64,000 nucleotides of DNA, from NCBI GenBank assembly GCA_003971905.1, contig RSEE01000032.1, positions 1 through 64,000 of the forward strand, read 5' to 3'. Shown in pieces: positions 14,440 through 27,950 of this stretch. The first letter of the stretch is position 1; each line of letters opens with the position of its first letter. A model generated the notes under the pieces. The model did not search any database, was not told where the DNA came from, and saw only the letters and a list, made by a program, of their open reading frames with translations. The position numbers were made by a program, and so were the translations under genes. Source of the DNA: Moniliella sp. 'wahieum' (taxonomy: Eukaryota).

Positions 14440-16360
14440 CTGTCACGTATCAAGTGTCAAGTATCAGGTTGAGGTTGAGGTAAAGGATGGGGAATGAAGC
14501 TTGAAGGATGAAGGATGAGGTGAGGGGGGCGGGGGGGGGCTAGAGTGGTTGACGGTATGTTGGACCTGCGTCAAGCTTCAAGCTTCAAGTTCTTCTAGCT
14601 TCATGCTCTTCAAGCTTCAAGCTTCAAGCTCTTCAAGTTCTTCAAACTTCAAGCTCTGCAAGTTTTTCAAGCCTGGATTGATTTGGGGGCGGACCGTCAC
14701 GGTTGTCTGTCGGAGGCTCGATTGCTGGCTCACCCGTCGGGCCTCAGGCCTCAGGCTCAGGCACCATGATGACGACGTGATTAAACGTGTAACGCGTAAC
14801 GTTGATTGATGTGTAGCGTGTATACGTTTTGGTTTCCCTTGGCGCTGCACACAAGCCCAAGGAGCCGGGCCGACTCTCTCGTTTCTTTTCGTTTAATTGA
14901 TGCTTTTTTTGTTCTTTGTTCTATCCAAGCAACCCAAGCATAAAGCCGCTGTGACGGGAGGGGGTGGTGCAGGTAGGGACATGTGCATGAGATGTGAGGC
15001 CTGAGGCGCGCGAGGCCCAAGCAGGAGGCTTGAGTACCTTGAATTGAATACAAAGTTATTGAGTACTGAGTACTGAGTACAGATGTTCGCAGCAGATGCG
15101 CCTCGCTCCCAGCCGCGGTTGTCGGGAGAACACACCAATAGGATTGAGATGGAAGAGGACGCGGGACGAGTCGGAAGGTGGGGTGGACATATAGGCACTT
15201 GGAGCCGTACACAGGCGCGGGGAGGGTGGCACGGGGGCAGTATCAAGCACCCGAGGAATGGGCTGATGCTACCCACTGGCGCCGTGCGGCCCACGTGACT
15301 GGGGCTCCGCATTGGCAAAATCAGACCACGGTACGCCCGCTGGCCCAGGGGCTATCGACTATCGCCCATTGGCTATTGGCTATCCCATCCGTCTCGTCGC
15401 TGGATCAGCCCACCTCCCATGCTCGATGCTCTCTCCTTTGCTCCGGACCGACCCGCGCGGATAGCCATTGTGGCATTGTGCATTGATGATGATGCCCTCC
15501 GCTCTGATCTCGGTGCGCGACGTGGGCTTGGCGCGTGCCCCGTCGCCCGTTTGTCAGCATGCCGTTGAGCGCACCCAACTGGGCCTACAAGGCGTACTCC
15601 TATGGTGTGGTACTACTGGTATTCACATATTCACATGCAGTGTCGCAACAACGCCGCGCCACCCGCCAAAAGTACACAACACACGATGATCCCAGTATGC
15701 AGTAGGCCTTAGGCTGGGTCGAAGGGCTCGAAACATGATGCATGACGCATGACCGGGACCCAAGGCCGCTGGACGGTTGAATATTGGTTGCGGGACAGGC
15801 CGGGAACGCCTAGCGACTCTAGCGACGACTGCGGGGTGGCCCTGCGATAGCAAGAAGCATTAAGCAACCCCAGTCTGTCATTCCACTCAGGCAACATTTG
15901 TGGGGGCGCCGGTGATGTAGTGACTAGTGACTAGTGACTGACTAGCTTGACTAGTGATGCAGGTGCATGGGCACTGCAGGGCAGATACGGCGCAGGTGTG
16001 CGAAGATCGTCAGAGATGCTCACCGGACGGTCATTTCTTTGCCCACTTCTGGCATCTCAGGTCCAGCTACGCGCGCCATAGGTGATACCCCGTGCCATCT
16101 GCCCCTTTCGCACGTCCCTGAGGCCTGGGCCTGCCTAGTGACTAGTGACTTGTGACTGTAGAGGGTATTGTATCAAGCATCATGCATGTCTGGTAACGCC
16201 GGTGGTACGTGTGCTCGCCCGTTTTTTTTCAGGGGCTTGGGTATAAAACCACCCCCCTCTTTGGCTGGCTCTACAGATCCCCCACCCTCCACCGCACCAC
16301 ATACATTCTCTTTCCCCTCGCCCTCCCACCTCTCTCGCCTCAACCCTTGTCCTGTTCGCC

Positions 16361-16720
16361 ATGCCTGCCACCACTACCTTCTTCAAGTACTGGTACAGCC
16401 ACGACGCTGTGCCCTTGCTGTCCTCATGTTCGGCGCGGTGTCCGGGCCAGCTACATGGCGTTCCGCGCCGCCCATGCCCCTGACGTCGTGTGGGACAAGA
16501 AGAATCCGACGCCTTGGAACTCGATCAAGGAAGACGAGGGTGTGAAGATGGTTCAGATCAACGTGCGTATTGCTCCCTCTCATCTATCCCACGGTGAACT
16601 TCATACATGCATCATGCAGAGGCCCATCCCCCCATCGACCATCGACCGTCCCGCTAACCTTACCTTTGTTTCCCCACCACAGCAAAGTTTGACCGCCAGT
16701 GGCACCGCGAAGGCCTCTAA
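16361..16720 (+). CDS. NDUFA4: NDUFA4/MLRQ (B12D)-like small mitochondrial membrane protein, one intron
   Basis: Reconstructed MPATTTFFKYWYSHDAVPL..VLMFGAVSGASYMAFRAAHAPDVVWDKKNPTPWNSIKEDEGVKMVQIN, intron (GTGCGT..CTAAC..CAG), then KFDRQWHREGL-stop; PDVxW..NPxPWN is the family motif. Confidence 0.85.
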
Positions 16721-18079
16721 TCGCCTAATCGGTGGTCGTAACTTCCAATTGGTCGGATCACGGTGCAGTGCTTTTCCTTACGACATGAGTTGGGCTGTGC
16801 ACTGCGGCCCACATCCTACGCTCTGCACGATCGAACGCGTCAACGTCACTAGTCACTCTTCTGGCTTGAAGATTGGAGCTTGAATAAGCTTGAAGATTGG
16901 CTAGTCATCTCCCAATGTACATCACGTTTGCAACTCGACTTGACGCTTCCATGTAGTGCAAATAGAAGACGAGAGGCTCTCCCCAACAACATTCTGGGCT
17001 GCTAGCGCTTGCCGCACTGGTTCCCTAGGGTAAAGTACATTGTGGGGAAAGAGTACATGGAGACGGACGACATGTGGGAATAGTAGGGTGTAGCCGTCCA
17101 ATCGTGGAGAAAATGCATTAGTTGCGGTAATGGCCAAAGGTCCGTAATAACACTGCATGCATAACAGCATCAGACTGTGGATTCAATGACTGTGTAGCCC
17201 GACAGACAAAAATATGCAAGCAAGTATCGCTCCCCTCCCATCCGCACTCGACAACGGTAATGCTCCAGCAAAACAATCCAACAACACCGTGACGTCTTCT
17301 TCATATCACTTGTTGTCGCGTGCCGTCGAAGGGGGTTCAGGTTCTGCAGGAGAATGCTGCTCATCTAGCAGTCTGGGGCAACTGACAGTATAGGTCAATG
17401 GTTCGGCGAGCGGGTACGAGTGCAGTGAAGGGGTGTGGGTGTGGGTGTGGGGGGCATCAAAGACGGAGGGGGGCGGAACAAAGTGAACAAGAGAGGAGGC
17501 AGGCAGGCAGGCCAGCTTCTTTTCCCCCTCTGAATAGTCGGTTGGTTACTAATTGTGTCAACTGCTCGTGCCCCAAAGGGGGGGATAGTACTAAGTAGGG
17601 TCTGAATCTGTTGATCAAGGTCCTATGGACCAGCCACCTCTGCGGCACTCCTGACCGTGACCGTCTTACTCATCGGGGCACCACGCCAGTATCCCTATCC
17701 CCTGGCCTCGTGCCGCTCTCCTTTCTTCTCCTTCTTCTGATTCTCAGTCTGGGTTCATTGAACGTTCAATGTTCAACCCAGCTCTGTCTTCTCTCTGCCA
17801 TTGCGTAACTGCACTTGGGACATCGCTGGGTAACCAGGATCATTAGAGTTGCAATTGAAGCACTGCGCCTACGACTCTCTGATCTCCCCAACCCCCAGTC
17901 GTGAGTACCAAAGTTATCCCACCCTTCCACCCCAACGCCACCTCTCGGTTGCCCTCCCCACCCCACAAGGCCACCTCCCGGTCACCCCCCCCACCACCAA
18001 TCTCCCGATTTTCCCTTTCCCCAGACCACCCGGTCCCCCTCCCCCCCTCTCGCAAGACCCACAACCCGCCCCCCGGTAT

Positions 18080-19800
18080 ACAACCCACAACATGGTCGCA
18101 ACCCGAGGGCAAATCCCAAACCGACGCGACATGAATCCGCAACCAGATCTATGAGATGCTGATGGCCCTAAAGGAAGTGCCAGGCCGCCCGTCTCGATCT
18201 TCTCCAGCTGTGCGCCATGGAGGTCCACAGCACCAGAGCCGATCCTCGCGTCAAAGGAAGAGAACCTCGACGAGGAAGAATACCTTGAAGAGGAAACGCT
18301 CGCCTTAATCAAGCGAGTCCTGACGCGTCGCCGACCACCAGGCCATACAGCGTCACGGCCACTGTGGATGAACCACTGCATCCGCAATCAGAAATGTCAA
18401 CAAACTGATCCTAGCCAAGACGATCGATGGTCCGCCGTGACCTCCAAGACCCGCATCGGTTCAACACCGCCTACCAAAACATGGTGGCGGAGCTGAAGTG
18501 CATCCACCCTGACGCTAGGGATATCATCGAAATGGGAAGAAGTGCTCGCCACTTCAACGAGGCGATCGACGCCAGCATGAGGACATGCCTTATGATCGCC
18601 CTGCCACCCCGAGCCCGAAACGCATTCAACCCTCCAAACGAGGAACCTTCGACCACACAGGATTTCCTGGAAAGACTCCACGCCGATACGGCCCGGTACC
18701 GAAGGCGCATCCCAACGGGACACAGCCAGTCCAACGGAGTGGCAGAGCGTGCCATCCGCAGCATAGTTACGCGCGCAAGGCAGCTCATCCTAGCCACAGG
18801 CCTCCCGACAGCAGCAAGGTGGCATCACGCCCTCCACGCGGCCCGCTTCACCCACAGTCTCATACCCCCGTCTGTGAGGACATCCGGAAACTCTTTAATG
18901 AGAACAAGCAGGGACAAGCTTCGGGCGCGTTTGGCTGGAGCGTATGGAGGAATTGTATGGGAACGTCGTTGCCACATGCGGCGCCCAAGACGAATGGTAC
19001 CGCCATGCACTCCTCGACGGCATGAACGACCGCAACCTGAGCACCAACCACCTAAAATCGGACCTGGAGGACCTGCGCCTTATTATAAGGGAACTTCCCG
19101 CTCCCACGCACAAGCCAATCAACAAAGTGGCGGGAAAGAATCCCAACTCTGATGGCCGTCCATTCAATGACAGCTACGGCCGTACGGGAAAAACCCCCAA
19201 AGCGACAAGTCGAATGGCGGGGGCAAGTTCCTCAGCGGGGACAAAGATCTGAGCGGGGGCAAGCCGCTGCGCCCGATCCGCAATCCGGGCCGAGACCAGC
19301 CTCAGTCGTATGCGAATATTGCTACCGCCAATCCCGCGGGAGAAGCCAAGACGCAGGGCCACGCCCTCTATACCTGCTGGATGAATAGGAACTCGGGGCG
19401 AACTAGGGAACATCCGAGCGCTCTTCGACAACGGCGCTTTCCCCACCATCATCTGGAGGGAACGCGGCGCATTCATGGACCTGCTTCCGTGCCACGACAC
19501 GATCGAAGTGGCCAATGGGAAATACATAAGAGCAGAAGCCCGAGGGAACTGCACCCTCCGACTCCATATAGCAAAGGGGGACAATGCATTACCATCAATT
19601 TGCCCGACTGTCTCTATGTACCTTCGTTTCGCCTCAACCTCGCTAGTGTCGCCCACTTGTCGAGCGCAGGATATGCATCCTGTGGCTTGCCCCAGACCGC
19701 CGAGGCGTGTGGATACGCCCAACCAGGTCACAGGCAGCGACTACGAACTCAACCTCTTGCCGGTTTCTGAACCCCATCGCCCCACACCTACCCAAACGCG
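18080..19800 (+). mobile_element. Degenerate, internally rearranged Ty1/copia LTR retrotransposon relic
   Basis: Integrase fragment PTGHSQSNGVAERAIRSIVTRARQL (~18710-18860); zinc knuckle CEYC..GHALYTCW (~19305-19385); copia protease region LFDNGA..TIEVANGKYIRAEARG..LPDCLYVPSFRLNLASVAHLSSAGY (~19415-19680). Boundaries approximate; no LTRs identified. Confidence 0.85.
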
Positions 19801-20637
19801 AGCCATGCCAGCCAAATCAGATAACCAATCCCAAGCTGACATCCTCGCTCAGGAGCACGTGCGAAACGACTGAGTACGAACGCTGGAGCCATGCATCAAT
19901 TCCCCTCCTCCCGGAGGTTTTAGAGAGAATGGGTAAACGCTGCCCACACGCTTCAAGGCGATAGTGCGTGGCATTCAGTGCGCAAAAGACAAAGTGTGGC
20001 GGCCAGACCGGGTGCACAATGTTCACGAAGCAGTGGAACTTTGGGCTTTTGCCGTCATAGAAATGGCCGTCTGCGGAGGATTCCGCAGCATGGATAGTAA
20101 AGAAAACGAGAGCAGAATCGGACTCAACCGAATGGAGGAGTTTTGCAGGGCCGTAGTACAGACTACATTGCCCGTGCTTTGAAAGGTGCTGAGGCGACGC
20201 ATCAGTGCATCAGATGAAGATGCGTGTCCTAAGCATCGGTCTCTAAGGGCCGGCTGGCTCTCGGGCGCTGTCACGTGCTGCTGTGCGCATCAACCACTAG
20301 AACGCGCGTGGCCAACCCTACTGTGCCATGCCGACATGCGTCTGCCGTGGCTGCCGGCTGCACGCCGAGTGGGCACTGGGCCTGTGCTGCGCGGGCCACG
20401 CACCCAGCGCCAGGCACCGGCAGGCTGTGACGTCATGCTGCCGCGTGCATCGATCATTTCATCTCTCCCGATCCTTAATCATTCGATCACTGGCGCTGTG
20501 GTGCCTGTCACGTGCCAGTGTGCCCAGGCACGCTCGGCCTCGTCAGCGTCGCCAGCGTCGCTCGCCTCGCCGCATTGCCCCATCTTCCGTCGGCTTCCTC
20601 ATCTGCGCCTCCACCGCCACCAGCTCCCTCCTCCAGC

Positions 20638-21511
20638 ATGTCCGTCCAGCTCACCCCGCCCGCAGTGCTGGCCTTTGAGCGTACGTGTCTCCCCATCGCC
20701 TCCTCTGCCTCTCGTGCGGCTGACCGTTCGCGTCTCGCATCTCCCGCCGCCAGGCCCCCTCACCCGCCTCATTCCTCGCGTCCTCGCTCTCCACAACCCC
20801 CACACCAGCCCATCGCCTTCAAGATCAAGACCACTGCCCCCAGTACTCTGTTCGCCCTAGCGCAGCCCGCGTCGAGCCGGCGAGTCGATGAAATCCACAG
20901 TACGTCCTCCCCCTCTCCCCATTCCCTCCCCCCGCCCGCTAATCATCGCTCCTGTCCAGTTGTACTGCAGCCGCTCAAGGAGGAACCGCCCGCCGGCAAC
21001 CGGAGCCGGGACAAGTTCCTGGTGCAGAGCACGCTCTTGACCCCAGACCGAGAGACACTTGGCATCACGACATCTGGAGTGTCGTGCCAGGCAACGAGGT
21101 GCACGAACAGAAAATTCGCGTGACTTGGACCGGCGATGTTCCTGAAGCCGCGACTGCCACTGCTCCCTCCTCTATTCCCCCAGGAAACGGTGTATCGAGT
21201 GTGCCTGCGGCCGCCCCACTCGCGGCGGGTGCGGGTGCGGGAGCCGGCGCAGCGATGCTTGCTAGCCCGTCAGCCCCGTCTCTGCCACAGCGCTATCGCC
21301 GAGCAGTGCAGGCGGGCTGGGTGCGCGTGCGTTGCCCGCCCAAACTTCTGCTGTGCCGGCAGACAAGCCACTGAGCACGTCTGAATACGAAGCACAGATC
21401 AAGGCGTTGCAAAGTCAGCTGGCGGTGGCGCAGTCAGAACGGGGTGTGCCAATGCAGACGGTCGCGCTCGTGTCGCTGTTTGTGTTTCTGTTGACGTACC
21501 TTTTCTTTTAA
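20638..21511 (+). CDS. SCS2: VAMP-associated protein (MSP domain, C-terminal TM), Scs2/VAP orthologue
   Basis: MSVQLTPPAVLAFE.., PIAFKIKTTAP, LQPLKEEPP..RDKFLVQST, HEQKIRVTW, C-terminal TM VALVSLFVFLLTYLFF-stop; GTACGT introns at ~20681 and ~20900. Confidence 0.93.
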
Positions 21512-22573
21512 GACCGATCAGCATCTTCTTTTGGCAGGTTTGTCCTCAGTTTCATCCTCCTCAGTTTCATCCCATGGACTGTCGTCCTGGAGTTGGAAAC
21601 CATTGAATGCGCCCGCTTGCCTGCCCGTTGCTCTCTGGCCATCACAGCGTTTGCTAGTAGTTCCCTCCCTGGCAATACGATGGCGCCCTTTGGCCACGCT
21701 GCTATGCTCGCTGTCGAGGGTAGTAGGAAACATGGATGAAGCGCAAGGAGAACAAGGGGCTGCCCGGCTCCCTTCCCACACGCATCTGCATCTGCATGCT
21801 CTGCGCTGGGGTGGGTACCTTCATAGGCTGACTGCCAGTCACATGCCACATATGGCCTTGCACCGAGACAGCGGTGGTACCCAAGAAGGACGAGGTAGCG
21901 AATACAGGGATCCGACAGACGCCAGCCGAGCGCAGTTGCTGATGGTGTTGACGATTGGGCTGACATTCAGCTGAATTCTCTCGCCTGTGCTCGATCTGAT
22001 GTCAATTGCATGTCAAGTCCAGTCCAGCTCCATGACACGTGACACTCCTTGGGCCGGCTTCGCATGGATCGTCTCGTCCCAGCCCATCCTGAGCGCTCAT
22101 CCCGACCTCCTTCCCTGCGGTCTGTCCACCCCATGCACGCCAACTACCCATCCTATATGTCTTTGCAGCCCCCGAGAGCAGCCAAGGCGGAACAGATGCA
22201 TGGCGTTCTGCGTATAACCACCACCCCACCAACACAGACCGAGTGAGGGAACACTGCGAGTGCCCGATGCCTGGAATACTTGCCAGGCGTGCCGCAGCAC
22301 CAACCTAGACCTGAGCCCGAGCCGACTCGCGCTGAGGCGAGTTGACCACGTCGGTGCACGCGGAAGGCAAGTTGATGTACAGGGAGGCGAGGCAGAGAAC
22401 AGGGGAGATTGAGGACCAGGACAGAGAGGTAAGACAAGATATGGGATGACATGGGGGGATACCGGGTTTGGGGCCGGTACAGGGACAGAGAAACGGCTAG
22501 ATGAACGGAAGGGAAGCAGGCGGGCAAGAGGAGAAACAAGAGATAATGAAAAGGCAGCCAAGCCAATCCTAAC

Positions 22574-25500
22574 TCAACCCAACCGAGAGGCATGAAGGGG
22601 ACGGCGCGCGGGGGGTGAATGAGGTTTCGATCTTACTCGGCGCGCGTCCACACCCCACTTAGGGCCCGCTTGATCGAACCCAGAGCCTGGCCCGTCTGGG
22701 CAGCCCGGGGCGACAGCGTGCCCGTAGACGCGGCCGGTGGCACGGACAGCGTCACCCTCCGCGCCACCTTCTTGTCGGTTGCTACCGTAGCCACAGGACG
22801 GGTGCCATAAAAACGCAGGCCGCGGCACGGGCCCCGCCTTGCCCGCTGCAGGCGGAAGAGCCATCTGCCCCGCCCGCCGGGCCAATTCCTGAAGCGCATC
22901 TTGGTTGCCGCCTTGGGCTTGCTTGGCCAAGTACGAGGGATAGTACGGCGGTGCGGCAGGGTCGACCGCGTCGACGGCAGACGGGGCAGGTCCGCGCGCA
23001 TCGGCCTTGTTGGCAGTGGCCAGCACACCACCCAGCGCGGAGGCCGAGGCCGAGCTGGTCAGGCCCCCTATGCTAGATGGCGCGACAGGCGCATTGCGTC
23101 CCTTTGTGCTGGCAGCGGGTGGGAAGGGACCGAATGCCCAATCGGCCCGTGGCACCGGCGCCACCCCGGCCGAAGCACGGTACACACGGGCAAACGAATC
23201 GCGCAGCGGCGAGTGGAAGGCACGTGTGACGGCATGCGAACGAGCTAGGTGCGAAGCTTGGTAGGTCAGCGCCAGCGCACGCGCCGTACGACGCGGGAGC
23301 GTAAGAGAAGGTTGATACGGCGCTTGCATCTCCTCCATCGCCACTTCGCCCGTGGTAGGATCGATGAGCAGCGGCGGCTGGGCATACTGTTGTAGGCGGC
23401 GGCAAGTCGTCCACATCCAACGCACAGGTTTCCTGCGTCGTGACCAGCGCTTGGGTTGCGTACATGGGCACTCCCAATGGGTTGGGCGGTGCGTGCTCCC
23501 ACTCGGCCAAGCTTGGGTGCCCATACGCCCCTGTGCCTCCCAACGGCGGCGGAGGCATCGTGACTCCACCCGTTAGCGGTGGATTGAGCACCGGCTCTAA
23601 CAGTGCATCTGTGATCTCGTTATTAGGCAGCGCCGGCCCCATCAGGTGCCCCCCACCCTCGGCACGCACATACTCGTACATGTCCGGCGGCGGCCGTACC
23701 CCCGCTTGGGCCGCATTCAGCACCGCCCCGTACCCTGGACGCCAGGAAGAGTACGGTCCGACCGTACGGAGATGAAGGTGCGGGATGCTGGACAGGAACG
23801 GGTTTCCGCCCTGCAGCGCCGAAGACATGCTCAAATCCTCGCTGGTCGTATTGGCCGAAATGGCAGTGGCGGTACGCAGGAGCGAGGCGCTGGGACGCGA
23901 CATGACCGGCGAGCCAAACGCAACCGGCGAATTAGGCCATGTTCCATGGTCCACCGAGCCCTTGTACGAGTGAGAACGGAATGTGTGGATGGGGGAGGGC
24001 TTCGAGGGTGGATCGCATGATAAAAGCGGGGAGCCAGGTGCGGTCTGCACGCCCGCCTTTCCGTTAGTCAAAGGTTGGGGTGTGTGGGACGAATGCGGGG
24101 TCCAGGCGAGGGAAGGCGAATTGGAGGGATCAAGATTGCCTTTTCCCTTAGCTCGCCCCGCGATCGAAGCAGACGAGCTCACCGTCCGCTCCCGCGGGAT
24201 GTAGGATTGAGAGGGAGAGACGACATGGGGAGTCAAGGACTGGCGCGAGTCCGCCGGGTAATGCGACGGCCCACAACCCACCAAGACGGGAGAGACATGC
24301 GCCTCGGTGGGCGAACTGCCAAGGTAGGTACGCGAAGGCGACTGCCCCTGCCCCCCTCCGTATCCGTTCCCGGGGCGACGCAGCTTGACGATGCGCAGCG
24401 GGCCGGAACGAGTGGCGCATAGCACTCGTGTTGCTCACCAAGGCCGGCGCAGCAGTGGTGGTCGCCTTGCGTTGAAGGAGCACGTCGGCGGGAGAGAGGA
24501 GAGTATGAGTTGGACAAACGGTGGGTTAGGTTCAAAAGCGAATGCGAACGCTTCGTCACGGGCGACTTGGATCCCTTGGGGGGGGGGGAGCATGCGCGAT
24601 AGCGGCCGTAGTGCTTGTTGTGCCTTCGGAAAGACGCGAATTCCGGGTCGAAGGGAGAACTTCCGAAGTTGAGGCTCGCTTCTCAGGCCGCGTCCTCGGC
24701 GCAGGACGATCGGAAGGAGGTGGCGTCGGGGGCAGAACGCTTTGGGTCGCGGTCAACTCTTGCTCCTTGACATTCGGAGGAGGGTCGGGGGTAGGAATGG
24801 CCGTCGAAGCTGCCGTAGTGTCACTCTGATTGTCCGTCAAGGCGCGGGACGGCATCTATCCTCGGTTACCGCAGGGCCTGGAGTGGTGGCGGGGGAAGAT
24901 GAGGAGCGGGAAGCAGACGTTGAAAGAAGGGCAGACTCAGGATTGTCCGAAGAAGTCTGAGTGCGCCAACGTGCCTCCTCTGCCCCTCACGATTGGGCCC
25001 CGATGACGGGGCTGTAGACTGCTCGCGATCCAGTAAGGTCCGATCAGAGGCAGTGCCGCTCACGATTGAGGGCGGCGGTGAAGAGGGCACGGCGGTGGCA
25101 GTGTCCGTGTCGGAAAGGGCGTGTCGTGCATGCCACCCAATGTATGTCGAGCGACAAGGTACTTGCGGTGGATGGGACGAGCAGTGGGGGCGGGAGAGGG
25201 GGCGAGGGGGTGTAGGGGAGGAGGCCTCCATGACTTGAGGTTGAGGAGGGGGCGAGGGAGGGTGTGCGGGCTGTGGTTGAGACGGAGGATTGGACGGGAG
25301 TTCGGACGCAGCAGTAGGAGCAGCTGCGGTGGTTGTGCAGAAGACTCAGCGGCCCGACGACGAGGAGCCACCATAACTAAACCATCGTGACCATCTTCGT
25401 CGTCGTCGTCGTCGTCTTCGTTGTCGTCGCTGTCGTCCTTGTCGCCACCAGGAGCTTGGCTGTGGGCCGGGGGGAGGGGGTGGCGGGGGCAGCGGGGCGG

Positions 25501-25773
25501 TGGGGGAGGTGGCGAGAGGGGCTTGACGGCGGGCGAGGGAAGATGCCGAGGGGAGGCGGCCGGCGGGTGGACTGCCGTCATAAAGCCGAGGTTGGCGCGC
25601 GCCGAAAGAGAGCCGCGGGAGCGGTTGCGCGGAAGGGAGCCGTGCCCAACGGTGTGGAGGCGGTCGCTGCTCTTGCGTGAGCGCAGATCGGTGGAGCTTC
25701 CGCGGGCAGGACGGGCGGGGCGGCGGCGGGCGGCGGAAGCCGAGGGCGGCGGCGCGGAGGAGGTGGTGGGCAT
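22574..25773 (-). CDS. Large Ser/Pro-rich hypothetical protein, possibly TCO89-like TORC1 subunit
   Basis: Chain of long minus-strand ORFs (25060-25869, 24556-24855, 23073-24425, 22574-23569). Segment LARSHAVTRAFHSPLRDSFARV resembles, from memory, the TCO89 C-terminal motif. Ends uncertain. Confidence 0.5.
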
Positions 25774-27855
25774 GGGCGATGGCGGTCGGGGGCAGGAGGG
25801 GGCAGCCACGGAGAGATGCGATGGGGCGGCGGCGGCTGGGCCTTCAGCCGGCTGTTGAACGTTCAACATTCAATCGCCAGCGGCTGCCCAGGTGCTGGAA
25901 CAGTGGCCAGATCAAGCCATGGCGACCGACTAGTGACGGCCACGCGTGACGCGTGTAGAAGTGATTCTAGTGATCAATCGATTATCGATCGATTACTTGG
26001 TTCTTGTCCAGTGAGAACTGCGTCTGGCATCTGCCTGGTGCATGACAAATGACTAGCTACTGACTAACCACAGTGTCTGGACTGGTTTTTATAGGGACCA
26101 GGGAGGGACACGATAGGGACAAGGCGCCTCGGCCCTCGAGATCCACTGCGCCCAACGGAGCACTGGAAGCACACAGGAACGGAAAACAACCGCAGCCCGG
26201 GCGGCTGGCCGTTGAACAAACGTTAAACGTTGAACGTTCAGTGAACGTTGAACTTCAACGTTGAGCCTGAGGCCCTGAAGCTTGAAGCTTCTTATTCAGC
26301 TTCAAGCTTCGGGCAAGACGAAGACGTTGAAGTTCTATGTTCAACGCTCGACAAGTGGCAAACACGCGCCGCGCCTCTCGCTTGGCCGAGCACAAAACAT
26401 CGTTCAGGAGGCCCCGAAGCAGGGTTTGCTCCACTCATCTTCTCCTTTCTGATGCACACAGTCGTCAGTGCAAGTGGTTCTAATAAATAGATCCAGTTCT
26501 CATTGAGCCTTGAAGCTCTTGAAGCTTGATCCTCAGGCGCCGAAGTGAGCTAGAGCTATCAAACGCAGAGCTCAGAACGTGGCCTGTGCACCAACATTCC
26601 ATGCACGACGCGGGCGGGCAGAGAGCACCATTCCGACACTGTCGGCCGTAACAGTAACCTCAGCCCGATCCCCCCCTGAAAGTCTCCTGTCCAACTTCCC
26701 CCTCATTAGTTGGACCAGGAGAAGGTCACGCTGGGGCAGAGTCGAACGTGGTGCTGGCAATAAGGTTTCACTATTATTACTGGCGCGAAGCGCAAGAACC
26801 CCGTCTAACACCTTACGCGTTCTGTCCCTCCCCGGCCCATCCATCAGCTCCCTCGACATCCTCCTACTAGCCATCGACCATGCCATCCAGCAACCAGAGA
26901 GCAAGATTCTCGTTGCAAAAATATGTCCGACTTTAGCGGGATAATGCCCGAACAGGCTCTCACTTCAACATCCTTAGCTTTTCGGACAGCATCGAGTTGG
27001 AGGCTCCATGTACTAAACGGTGTGGCCTCCCACGCGATGGCAATCTTGCCTGAAGGAGGCCGAGGGGGAGCCAGCCCTCACCGGTGGCGCACGGGTACCA
27101 ACAGACGTAAGCCCGAAGCTCAAGCATCTTACCATACAGTCGTCGTCCTTTCGCCTTGCTGACAGCCTTGCAATGCCGAGTCCTATTAGTAGCGAGGCCG
27201 ATGTTGAGGGTGGACATTCTTCTCTTTTTTTCCTTCTGTATTTCCGAACCGCTTGGCCAATCTCCCCGCTTCTCTCCATACTATGAATACTGCCCCTTTC
27301 TTGATTATGAATTAAGGGACAAGTCGCAAACCATTCTCATCATCAACTCTTGAGAGACGCTTCTACCTGCCCAACAATGCTATAGAGATTGACCGATCCC
27401 GGCCTCCTCAATCCTTGACCGACCTACTTCCGTCTGTCTGCCGCCTCTAGTACTCCGGCAAAGACCTTGTTCCGCCATCCTTTTCCCCTGCTCACGGGAG
27501 CTGTGGGACAACTCAGTGCCAAGTCACTTTGACGCTTCCGTTACTTCACGAGTACATGACTTGCTTTCCTGACGTATGCCTCCCCCCCCCCGCTCACGGA
27601 CAATCGGTGAGCGGGACTTGTTTACAGGGGTACAGTAAATCCGTCGTCAGTATTAGTCTCTCTTGCGGAAAGAGTGAGTTTCCACAGTCGGACCGAATGG
27701 CCATATCCCCTTACTCCTTTGTCCCATGCCCGATGACTAGATGACTCCTATTTCCTCTCACGAACGAATTTGTCTTTCGCCCCGTCTGACAGATGACCTT
27801 GATACTCCGTTTCGCTTACCCTCATCGACGTTGCAGTAGCTTTACAAAAGTAGAA

Positions 27856-27950
27856 CGACAATGACAGGATTCGAACCTGTGCAGGCAGAGCCTAATTGAT
27901 TACAAGAACCTCATTCAAGTCAATCCCCTTAACCCCTCGGGCACATTGTC
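27856..27950 (-). tRNA. tRNA-Ser(UGA) with 13-nt intron
   Basis: Reverse complement folds: acceptor GACAATG/CATTGTC plus discriminator G; anticodon stem ATTGA/TCAAT; loop CT-TGA-A[TGAGGTTCTTGTA]A; long variable arm; T arm ACAGG-TTCGAAT-CCTGT. Confidence 0.95.
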
